Source of the DNA: Gnetum montanum
Taxonomy: Eukaryota; Plantae; Gnetophyta
Direction: 5' to 3'
DNA length: 59,513 nucleotides
NCBI GenBank assembly: GCA_015680685.1
Contig: MNCI01000178.1
Coordinates: forward strand, 13,883 to 73,395
In this document: positions 1 to 11,300 of the stretch, piece after piece
Layout of the letters: every line of letters begins with the position of its first letter
Numbering within the stretch: position 1 is the stretch's first letter
Translations under genes and position numbers: made by a program
Notes under the pieces: generated by a model
What the model was told of the DNA's origin: nothing
Database searches by the model: none
Seen by the model: only the letters and a program-made list of their open reading frames with translations

Positions 1-1274
1 GGTTGGCATGGGCCATGACTATTCATAAATCTCAAGAAATGACACTAGATAAGGCTACTATTAACATTTGTTGCATTATCTGGAGTCAAGACCATTGATT
101 CTTTAAAGATTCATCCTTTTTTTTCATGTGCAAAGATACAAAAAGATTTCAGATGCTAAACATCTTTAAAATAGAATTGCACAAGAAGTTCATTTTTCTC
201 AGTTGGATAATTAGGCATATTGAGTTCACACTTATCATTGTATTTTGCCTTTTGCTCAATCTTATTATACAGCTCTGTAATGTTTGTTGCAATAATTGTG
301 CAATGTATTCCTTCATCAACATATATGAAGTATATAAACTTTTATTTTTACCCATTTATGTTTATCAGTATATATTATTTAGAATGCAAATAGTGATGAT
401 AATTTAAAAATAAAAAAAATAATTAAATTCTACTCATAGCCCATGAAACCGCTACACAAGAGAACTTACGGGTTTAATGTTTGTTGCATTAGACCATTGA
501 TTCTTTAAAAATTCATCCTCTTTTCTATGTGCAAAGATACAGAAAGATTTCAGATGGTAAACATCTCCAAAGTAGAATTGCACAAGAAGTTCATTTTGCT
601 CAGTTGGAGAATTAGGCATATTGAGTTCACACTTATTATTGTATTTTGCCTTTTGCTTAATCATATTATACAACTCTGTAATGTTTGTTGCAATAATTAT
701 GCAATGTATTCCTTCATCAACATATATGAAATATATAAACTTTAATTTTAACCAATTTATGTTTACCAGTATATATTATTTGGAATGCAAATAGTGATGA
801 TAACTTTAAAAATAAAAAAAATAATTAAATTCTACTCATAGCTCGCGAAACTGCTACACAAGAGAACTTACGGGTCTAATGTTTGTTACATTATCTGGAG
901 TCAAGACCATTGATTCTTTAAAATTTCGTCCTCCTTTCTATGTGCAAAGATACAGAAAGATTTTAAATGTTAAACATCTCCAAAGTAGAATTGCACAGGA
1001 AGTTCGTTTTGCTCAATTGGAGAATTAGGCATATTAAGTTCACACTTATCATTGTATTTTGCCTTTTGCTCAATCCTATTATACAGCTCTGTAATGTTTG
1101 TTGCAATAATTGTGCAATGTATTCCTTCATCAACATATATGAAATATATAAACTTTTATTTTAACCAATTTATGTTTACCAGTTTATATTATTTAGAATG
1201 CAAATAGTGATGATAATTTAAAAATAAAAAAAATAATTAAATTCTACTCATAGCCTGCGAAACTGCTCCACTAG
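1..1274 (+). mobile_element. 3' end of a decayed Helitron-like element (PIF1-type helicase C-terminus), terminal ~400 bp triplicated
   Basis: From nt 3: LAWAMTIHKSQEMTLDKATINI (PIF1 motif V). 858-1028: RELTGLMFVTLSGVKTIDSLKFRPPFYVQRYRKI..RIAQEVRFAQLEN* (motif VI). The last unit ends in CTAG (1271-1274). Confidence 0.72.
62..1274 (+). repeat. Three tandem ~400-412 bp units
   Basis: Anchor CTACTCATAGC at 430, 832 and 1244 (periods 402 and 412); near-identical ORF translations at 126, 527 and 967. Confidence 0.95.
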
Positions 1275-1675
1275 CTTAGATATATATATATATACATATA
1301 TAAATTAACCGAGATGATTTAAAAAAAAACGATGTTAATCAAAAATGGAATCACTCATCCCTCCTCTATTTCTTTACCACTTACCTAATTTAGTTTTACC
1401 CTCTCGGTCAAGTTTGCTCTTTCTTTGTTTGTTCATGGCGTTTTTGAGCATTATTTATGCAAGAGATTTATTTCTTAAAAACACCATGAACAAACTTGAC
1501 CAAGAGGGTAAAACTAAATTGGGTAAGTGGTAGAGAAATAGAGGAGGGATGAGTAATTCTGTTTTTAGTTATCTTGTTACCTCATACAGTAGTTGGGCTT
1601 GGTTAACATCATTTTTTTTTTTAAATCATCTACCAATTTATAGATATAGATATATATATATATATATAAGCTAGT
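1270..1675. repeat. Foldback/MITE-like long inverted repeat embedded in (TA)n
   Basis: Arm ~1340-1416 is the reverse complement of ~1491-1566, 1427-1448 of 1474-1494, and 1302-1342 of 1599-1639. (TA)n lies on both sides, with outer ACTAGCTTA / TAAGCTAGT. Confidence 0.85.
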
Positions 1676-2180
1676 TTAAAATTCCTCATAGATAAATGAG
1701 AAATCATTCCCAAACACAAAACCCTGGTGATCCACAAAACTTAAATATTTAAACAAAACCTCAAAGGAGCATCAAAGAGGTATGAAACTCCACTTGCTTT
1801 AACTATAGGTAGGTACAAAAGACATCATCATATTATTATAGTTACACTTGAGACATGAAGAGTATAATTCATACAAAATAGCATCTTCGCGTATACTTGT
1901 AGCCAACCTAATCGTATGGTAACATCTTCCAAAGTAAATGTATTAGAAAAAAAAAAACGAAAACCATAGACTTGTAGAGAGGAACAATTAAACTCCAAAT
2001 TGTGTAAGAAAAACTCAGTTTACCCAAAATAATGGGAACTGTACTATACATGCACACACGCAAGAGACGATGAAGGATGCAAAAGTTGAGAAACATGTAA
2101 ATGCCCAAAAGTGGCGATTAAGTTTTGCGTTTACAGAACCTGCATTCAACGCTTAAGTTTAGAACGCAGGGGTTGGAGAC

Positions 2181-2305
2181 ATGGGCGAAGAAAGGACTAC
2201 AAAATTACCTCTCCCCGATGCATTTGTTGAATTTTTGAATGACAACGGAATTGATTCTGAGATTTATGCATCTTCACATATTTTAAACCTCCCCCGATAT
2301 ATCAG
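2181..2305 (+). CDS. m5C methyltransferase exon 1
   Basis: ATG at 2181; MGEERTTKLPLPDAFVEFLNDNGIDSEIYASSHILNLPRYIR; donor AG|GTATGG. Confidence 0.9.
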
Positions 2306-5300
2306 GTATGGAGTTAAAAGATTTTTTGAAACAGAGTCTTTGTCCGCCCAGTAATGAAATTAATAATTTGTTTTCTTTAATTTAACCTTTTTATTTGAAA
2401 AGTAGTTAACAATGCTTTTGTTATTATACATAGACTGAAGCCAGGAGTTGAACATGAAATTTCTGATATTGAGAATGATCTGTGTTGCAAACTTGACCCT
2501 GTTTCATGGCTGCCTGGTTTTTTCTGCATTCCGTCAAATGTTAAAATTGCCAGTTCAAATGCCTATAAGGAAGGAAAGGTAAGGTAGCTTTCAGAAAGGC
2601 TATAGTAGTATATCTTATCTTGTTGGTTAGGTATTTTGTAAAATAAGTAGCATGATAGGTTAAAGGTCTCTGCAAACTTTTCGACAACAAATAAAAAATA
2701 AAAAATAAAAATAATGTTGTCGTGGAAAAGGTTTTATTAATGACATGGTCCCCTGTCTGGCCAATTTAAGAAAAATAAACGCTAGTTTATTATCCTATGT
2801 TTAGGAAAAATATATATGCAACCAAATAAATTTTTTCCCAATAAAACATGGCTTTATTTTATCTTTAAATTTCCTCAGGAAAGATGTACCTTCTGATCTG
2901 ATTGGTGGAACATAGATCAGAATCATATCCTATGGTATTTTGGAATTACATAATTTGATTGATTCTTGATGTAGTTATGTAGAGCTGATATTCCTTCAGG
3001 TCTAAGTTACAACTAAGGAAATTGACAAGCATAGACTTGAATGTGCAAACGTGTGTAAGACTTAAATAATTCATGCTAGGGTCAAATGCAATGTAGAATG
3101 GCATAAGATGGCATTCCTTCCGAGAGAAAATAGGAAAGACATCACAAACGCAAATTAATATCTTCCATCTTCATAATTTGTGTATTTCTTCAAGCTTACA
3201 CTGGCAAACTGATAACTAAGACTTAACTAAGCATTTGTATGCAAGATTAAGGTATTGTAAATTAGCTAGTGAAAATCCCTTAAAGGTTTTCAATGATCCT
3301 AGTAACTTGAACGCTTAATTAATAAGTGTGATCAATATAGAGTAAATTATCATTTATTGATCTATGGTATAATATATTACCAGGGAAATTGCATGTTTAG
3401 ATGCATGTTATTTTTCACACATTGTTATCAGTAGGTCTTGATTATGCTACAGTGTGTTACGTGAAGGTTATTTTTCTTCTCATGATCGTGTGTCTGGTCA
3501 TTTTTATATTCAGTGTTTCTCCATAGCCGTAGTATTCATATTCCAAGTTTCTTTCTCATGTAAATGAATGACTTAATGGATAAGGATAAGTTATTTTGCT
3601 TTTAAGAGATTCAATCTTTAAGGATACTACCTGAATTTAATAAGGAACTCAATCTTTTAGCCTGAAAGGCAAGAATTCGCTTCAAAATTGCAAAAATTTG
3701 AAGTACTCTGTAAGATCAAGAAATATATATTATTTTTGCAATACCAGATGCCATAGAATATAACTGTTTCCTAACTTCTGCTCAATGTAAAGGGTATGCT
3801 CAGTTCACTGATTCTTGGAATGCATTAGAATTATTTTGAAGTTGGTTTACTAAAATATTTTTGGTTTTTTTTACTCAACTCATTGTGAAAAAGTTTAGAA
3901 TGTTATTTGTTTTCTTTAACTGGCTAATGTTTCATGGCAGTTGTCATTTTTTTATTATAAAATCTCAAGAATCTAACTCAAAAAAAAAAAAAAAAAACTT
4001 TAGCTGTTGACATGCAACTGTGAGTATTCTGTATTTAGGATACTTTTTTTATTTTTCAATATGCATTTATCACCGGTTAGGATGCCGGAATGATTGTTAT
4101 TTTTTCATCTTTATGCTTTGATTTTTCTATCATTTATCTGTTTGTTAAATTGTGTTTTCTTTGCATCAAAACACCTGGATAATCACTGAATTGGTATTTC
4201 AGATCTATGGGATAGATGCAGCTTCTGGTGCTGCAGTTTTTGCACTAGAAGTTAGCAATGGCGAGCATATCCTGGACCTTTGTGCTGCCCCAGGTAAAGT
4301 TTCATTCGAATACTATTTAAATTTGCTTCATTTTAAACTATTTTTTGAAGGAAAAGATTATGCCTGATCTGTTCTTTCTACCTGCCATCCAGTTTATTAT
4401 TAGTATTAATGATCATGATATAGACACATCTGATGAAGTCATGCATAGATAGCCCATTTCAACATACCAAACAGTAAACGGTGTTCTAAATTATAGCCAC
4501 ATGTGAAACTTGTTCTTAGTTCTGTTTACTTCATTTTTGAGGCCACTGAAATTTGGTTTCAGTATTCAGAAATGAGAAACTAATTGCAATTATAAGAAAA
4601 TTGGAACAATTGATCAACACACTTACTCTTAGTCAAAGGTGCATTTATTAGTACTAAGTTATTTTCACTGTCTATTAGCAATTTAGAGCATCTGTTATTT
4701 GTAAAAACTCTTCTGGGATCTTTGCATTGATATTCCATATGGTTGAAAATCACAAGTCCACATAGTTAAACAATAGAAAGTTAAATGTCAAAGAATGATT
4801 CATACTTGGAAGCTGTATGAAAAAAAAAATTAGCTTCTCTGTAGCTCTCTTACTTGTTTTTCTGTTGTTACCTTATAAAACATAATTATATCTCAGTATG
4901 TTCAGTTTGGCATTATGTGCATATTTAGATAAAATTTTACTCTCCCCGAGTTAGGTTACCGTTCTATAAATCTAATGCCAAACTTTATGGCAATTCACAT
5001 AGTATAAAGAAGTATATCAAACATCTTTATCTACTTTGCACATGAAATTAATAATATATTACACAAGACCTTCACTGTAAGAAGCATATTGTCATCCTTA
5101 CCATTATGTGTAGCCTTATCTCATTTGGTTGGGATCAGCTGTCTGCTCAATTATGAAAAAATGGATTTATTATGTGCTAAATAAATTCAGGTTAAATATA
5201 ATGAAATGAAACTGTAATGCAAGCTTGCATAACTTGTTTGTGGGATCCAAATGCCTTTTGCGTCATTTTGGTGGACTAAAACAATATGCTGAGCCTTTTA

Positions 5301-8300
5301 CTGTGCAGGTTTTTATAGATATATTCTGAAATCCTTGCCAAAATTATAATCCGAAGTGGTGAGATAAGTGTTAAGATGCTAATTTATATTACTTGTAGGA
5401 GAACAGTAATATTTAAACACCCAAATTTAAAATTCCCTTCAATTTATGTTACCAGGAAGTCACAATAGGAGATGATCATATCCGACCAAGCACACATTAT
5501 CCATGTAAATATTGGTTTTGCTCTATGTTAATGCATTGTTTATTTGTTTTATCTTGTATTCCTGCAGGAGCAAAACATTGCATGCTTGCTGAATTTTTGG
5601 AGAATTCTGGGACATTGACTGGGGTTGATATTTCCATGCAGCGTTTAGCTGCATGTCGGACAATGTTACAGAAGTATGATAAGGGTGACCGTAGTAGGCT
5701 TTTCCTTGCAGATGGAACATCCTTTTCCCTTCTGCCCGTACGAAAATCAATGGAGTTGGCTAATGGGAAAGAAGATGCCGTTGGAAAATGTGTTGATCGT
5801 ACTCTGTTAGATGAACGTATGACATTCATGTATAAGTTTATTATTTTAAGAGTCTTGTTTTATTCTTGTGTTTTCCACGTTTCCAAATGCACTTCAATTA
5901 TTTTCCTTTTTTCACGTGTTAAGCTGCTATTTATTAAAATTCACAGGCAAACTCTATTCAGCTCAAACAGTGTCAAACATTTATGATGAATGGGACATTA
6001 AAAAGAAGCAAAAGAAAAGATATGGTTCAAAAGCTAGGAAATCCTCATATATTAAAGAGAAGTCAGGAGAGAAAAGTGTTCCAGAGTTGGTGTTTTATGG
6101 TAAATATTCTGGAGTGGTTGGGCTTGATAGAGCATCTTTATATGAAACCACTTCTGCAGAAAGAGCTTTATATGATGGATATGATAAAGTATAGCTTCTC
6201 TCTTTTACCATACATTTACATGTTGAAACCAAATTATTGATTATATATGATAATTATGTAGTACGTTATAGTAATTTGGTAGATATGATTGGCATGAACA
6301 TATACAAATTTTTTTTGAAAATTTATTGAGATTATGAAATGCAATTTAAACTCTCTAAATTTCTGATTGCATTCTTAATGCTAAAATGATCACTACTACG
6401 CAAAACCAAAAGTTATATTTATGATCATGGTGGTTCAAAAATCTTAGGGATCATGGTTTGGAGTGATGGTAAGGTGCTTGTTTCTCATGTTGTAAGACTC
6501 GGGTTCAAGCCTAGGCACAACCACTTGAAAGAGGTTAGGCTTCATTCATCTACTGACCCCATCCCTTGGTGAGATGAACGTTGAGCCTCTGGGTAATGAT
6601 CCTTTTTTTAATATATATTTCAAACATTTTGATAAACTTATAATTTTAAGAGATTTCAAAATTGTGAAAAATTGGTGATGTTGGTGCCATGGTACACATC
6701 AGAGAGCAATGAGTGTAATGCATTTGACATAAACCATGTTTTTTAAAATTATTTTCAAGTATAATGTATTAGATAGGTATAGACTAGGGAGATGGTTCAA
6801 TCCATAATTATCTTACATACATTGATTGACTTATTGATTGATATCAATGTTTAAACGGTGGCAACTATTTGTCAGTCACCACCTAGGCAACTAACTTTTA
6901 GCCATAGTTTTAAACCGACTCAAGAAAAGAAAACATTTTTGAACAACAATAACAATAATAATAAACAATACCCCATGTTCAAGGAGGAGAAAAACAAAAA
7001 GAGCTGTAGATAGTCATTCCCAAATTTTATCTTAGCACTTGAGTGAAAGTTGGATAACAATGCATGATTGTAGTAGTTAGTGTAGGGGCAACAAGTAGTG
7101 AGTGCTGAAAAGCATAGACTTTGGAAGTGTATATAACCACCTATTTTTTCGTAAGTTTTCATCTTGATGTCTGATGCAGTGCTTGTGTGTTTGCTTTGTT
7201 GTCGTGATGTGTATAGTTTTGGCCAATTTTGGCTAAGAGGCATATTCATGCAATGCAAAATTATATTTTGTCCATAATGTATTAGAGATCCTATTCTTGT
7301 AATGTTAAATGATATTTCATCCCTAACCTTCTATAGGACCAATAATATAATGATAAATAATATTTCCCAAATTTTATATTGTATATTATAGATAAATTTT
7401 TAAGACTTGATCCCATAATTTGATTTTTCCAAAAGGGAAAAGATTCTCTTGGCCAAATAATGACTTTGTAGAACTGTTTATGACTTTATAATTGTGATGG
7501 ATTTGAGCATTGTTGATGTGCTTGTGTTCAGGATTTGGAAATTTATTTATGATTTGATGATGGTGATGTGTTTGAGTGTGGTTGATGTACTCATGACTTG
7601 TATAATTAATAACACCTCTTGAATGCATTGGTTGAAAGATGTGTCAGTGATCGGTTGAATGACCTATTATTCTTCTTAATGATTAATTTGAGTTGTGTTG
7701 ATATGTGTTGTGGTGTATTATTCTAGATGCAGGTATTAAGTATGTGCTATCCATTAATTTAGCATCTATTATTGGAATGTATGAAGGGAATGTTGAGTAG
7801 AGATGGATTTTAAATATTTTATTGTTTGCAAGGCTGCTATTATGCTTTGATTGTTTATGTGTTGCATGACCTATATGCATCAGAATGATTTGTTAAATTA
7901 ATTAGAATGTTTCTTTGTGAACTTTATAGATTAGTGTGGGTATCTCATGCACATGCATTGTTGTGTGTTCATACAAAGTTTTTCATTCATTATCTTTAAG
8001 TGTTATTATGCATAAACTAACCTTTGAGCAATCAGATCTGGAAGGAATAAAAACAAGATTTCTTATGTTATTCCTCAAGGGTGGAAATATATACATTTTA
8101 CTTAGCATGAATAATTCTTTTAAAACATACACACACATATTTTCTTGTTGTCGGTTTAAAGTGTTTTCTTAGCATATGTGTGCTTAAGTACTCCCAAAAC
8201 ATACCACACACATATGCAATGAAGAACTTAAGCAATGAATCAAAGTGGAAGGAACCTAACCTATGAATCAGTAGTGTTAGCTTAGTGTTTATAGTCTTAG

Positions 8301-11300
8301 CTTGCTATGTAGCACTAAGTTATAATTTAAAAAAAAAAACAAATTGTGAAAGGAAATTTGAAATTAGTCCAATAGATCCAAGAGGTCCAAGAGGTCTCAA
8401 TGGACATGAGTAAGAAATTTCAGTTTCAATTTCATGATTGTGTTATTTTTACATGATGAGCATGAAGAATATTTTGTATGTTTTTAATGCGCTATTCTTT
8501 AGAGTTTCATCAGCTAATAGAATATAAGTACCCCTCCATGGTTAAATAAAGGTTACATAATGACCTTTCTAGGCATCCTAAGATGATGCAATAATAAATC
8601 ATGAACATAAAAAGGAAAATTTTGAATCACTGATGGCCTAAAAAAAAGGTGGTTTACTTGGTTTTTATATCCTAGACCTGCACGTTTTTATTTTCATTTT
8701 GAAATATCTTTCTTTGCATCTCATGACATGATTCAAAAGAAAAAATGTTGCTGTAAAATGAAGCACAACTACAAATTAATTGCTGGTAAATTTATAAATG
8801 ATATGTTATTAAGATAAAAAAGAACAAAGATGGATATTATGTTTGAATGTTTTATAAATGTTAATTTTCTGGTATGTTAGATCAGGAGGAATTAAACTTG
8901 AAGTTTGGCAAAAACAGAAATTTAAAATGTTTAAAGTTGTAGATCTGGGAATTGAAACCACAACCTGTTAGAGTATATATTTTTATTTTTTTTTAATAAT
9001 GCTCAAGGAAAAAATTGAACTCATGACCTAATAGTATGGAAGGAAAATGAATTAAAAATAAAAGACAGAAGTGTTTGTAAAAAGGATCAGTTAAGAACAA
9101 CCTATTAATGCTTAAATTCTACTAGTAGTTATAAAGAGAGAGGAGATGAGGAGAAAAAAAAGGAGGGAGAGAGAAGGGTGTGGATGTGGAGAGAAGAAGG
9201 AAACAACCGTAAGGGATTCTTGTGTCGGTTTAAAGTGTTTTCTTAGCATATGTGTGCTTAAGTTCTTCATTGTTTAAAACATTGTGGCTACTACAAAAGA
9301 CAAGGAAAAAAAGAAAAAAAAAAAAAGAAAAATCAGAGCTAAGAAGCAATCTAGCATATTAATAAATTGTTCTCGGTAAGCAAGTAATCTGAGAAAGAAG
9401 GATGATCTTTTTTTTGGCTATATTTGGTGATGGACAATATTGGCCAATAGTCATCATTTCTCCTTTCTTTGGCTTGAAAATCTTTCTATGCTTGTACCAA
9501 CTTTGACAAGATTTATTGTTGAGATCTTGGATTATTAAATCTTTGATTTTTTTAATGGATCTCTCCAAGAATCCCATTCTTAACACTTTTAAGTTTCAAA
9601 GTATGCAATGATGACAAGGTGGACCTATGGTATTCATATCAGTAGGTTGGATCTTTAGATGCTGAGAAATTTATGGCTCAAGGTCAATTACGACCAGAGG
9701 CTTCATTACAATGAGTTTTTTGGCTGACCAGGAGTTGAACAACAACTCGTGGTGAAGACCACAAGTGAGATGCTAGTTATTGTGAGCCTGAAATAGAAGA
9801 GCAAATAACACTGGTAAGACTCTAACTTTAACACAAGCTGTATTGAGTTCATGTCAGAGGTCCCAACTTAACAGCGAGTTACAGTTTGCTCTGTGATGCA
9901 AATTCTGGAAAGTGGCCTTGACTCAACCATGAGTGGCAAAGGGAGTCATGGTGAGGTCATGGTAATGTGTGCTGCTGAAAAATAAAAACAAGATCGATAT
10001 ATCTGAGCATTTGAGGGCAAATTAGGCTTGATCCACTTGAGGATTTATCAATAGCAAATACCATAGGGTAGATCATATGTCAAATTTGATAATTTTATAC
10101 ATCACATTAGATCTACTAAACTAGATGGAGAAGCTGATTATCTCTTAGTTGCTATTCTAATCAAGTATCGAAATGCTATTAGCAAACTTTGGTTAAGTTC
10201 TTATCATCTTAAAATGGAAAGTGGAAGATGGATTCAACTCCCTTGATAAAAGCACATTTGTAGGTTGTGTAAGTCAAGAGCCCTTGAAGATGAGTTACAT
10301 GTGTTTCTTATGTTGTGACTACCCATTAGAGACAACGTTATAATGTTACAGCAAAAAACTTGTAGGATTTGTTTTTGCTTCTCCATTAGTGTTTGGTCAA
10401 TTTCTAGAGTCTATCTTTATTTTTCATGAAAATGTAATATATGTCCAATAGATCCTATAGGTCTTCAGATAAAATAAAGCTTCAATTTCAATTCAATTCA
10501 ATTGAGAGATATTTGAATGAAAACAAAAGTGAACAATGTCATGCTTCACAACTTTGATAGAAACTTAAAGAATTCATGAGGAATCCTATGAATGATACTA
10601 GATTCATGTATGAATTCATCTAGAACTAGTAAACATAATTAGTTCAGTCAGAGAGATCTGAATGAAAACAAAGGGGAACAATATCATGTTTGACGACCTT
10701 GAAACAAACTTCAATAATTCATGAGGAATCCTAAGAATAATACTAGATCCATATATGAATTCATCTAGAACTTGTAAACATAATTAGTTCATGCTTTAAC
10801 TAGGCTGACAAAGCATTGATTAACTTGTTATTGAGAGGAGATTTGAAGAAAATCCTAAGGAAATTCTCTCCAAACACTAAAATGGAGATAGATGATAAAA
10901 TTGATTGAGATTTAATTGAAATTGGTCTTGATCCTTCAGAAATTGAAGGATCCAGGAAAGGAATTGAATCTTTTTGCTAGATCTAACAAGAAAACTTCAC
11001 AAATTTAGAGATCTTGAATCAAACTTTCACACATTCAATGATCATTACATAAGCTTGTAAATCTAAGCACATTTATCATGTAAACATAATATTTATTATG
11101 AAATATGTGAGAGATTTGTTGTAAACTTGAAATTGAAACTAAGAAATGATAGATATATGTGAGAACATGTAAAAACTTACAAGAAATTGAAAGAAACTTG
11201 CAAGATTGTAATGTGAAAACATTGTGAGAAAATATGTGTGAGATTGAATTCACTAGAGGATCAATTCATTTTGAAATTTATGCTGCAAGAATGCAAGAAA

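Noticed and set aside
126-1164. Three similar 65-93 aa ORFs that look like a tandem gene family
   Set aside because: They are off-frame readings of the triplicated helicase end; the meaningful frame is a different one.
6391-7100. CACTACTAC...GTAGTG as CACTA termini
   Set aside because: The match is short, the 3-bp flanks differ (GAT vs AGT), and the right end lies inside the hAT-bounded segment.
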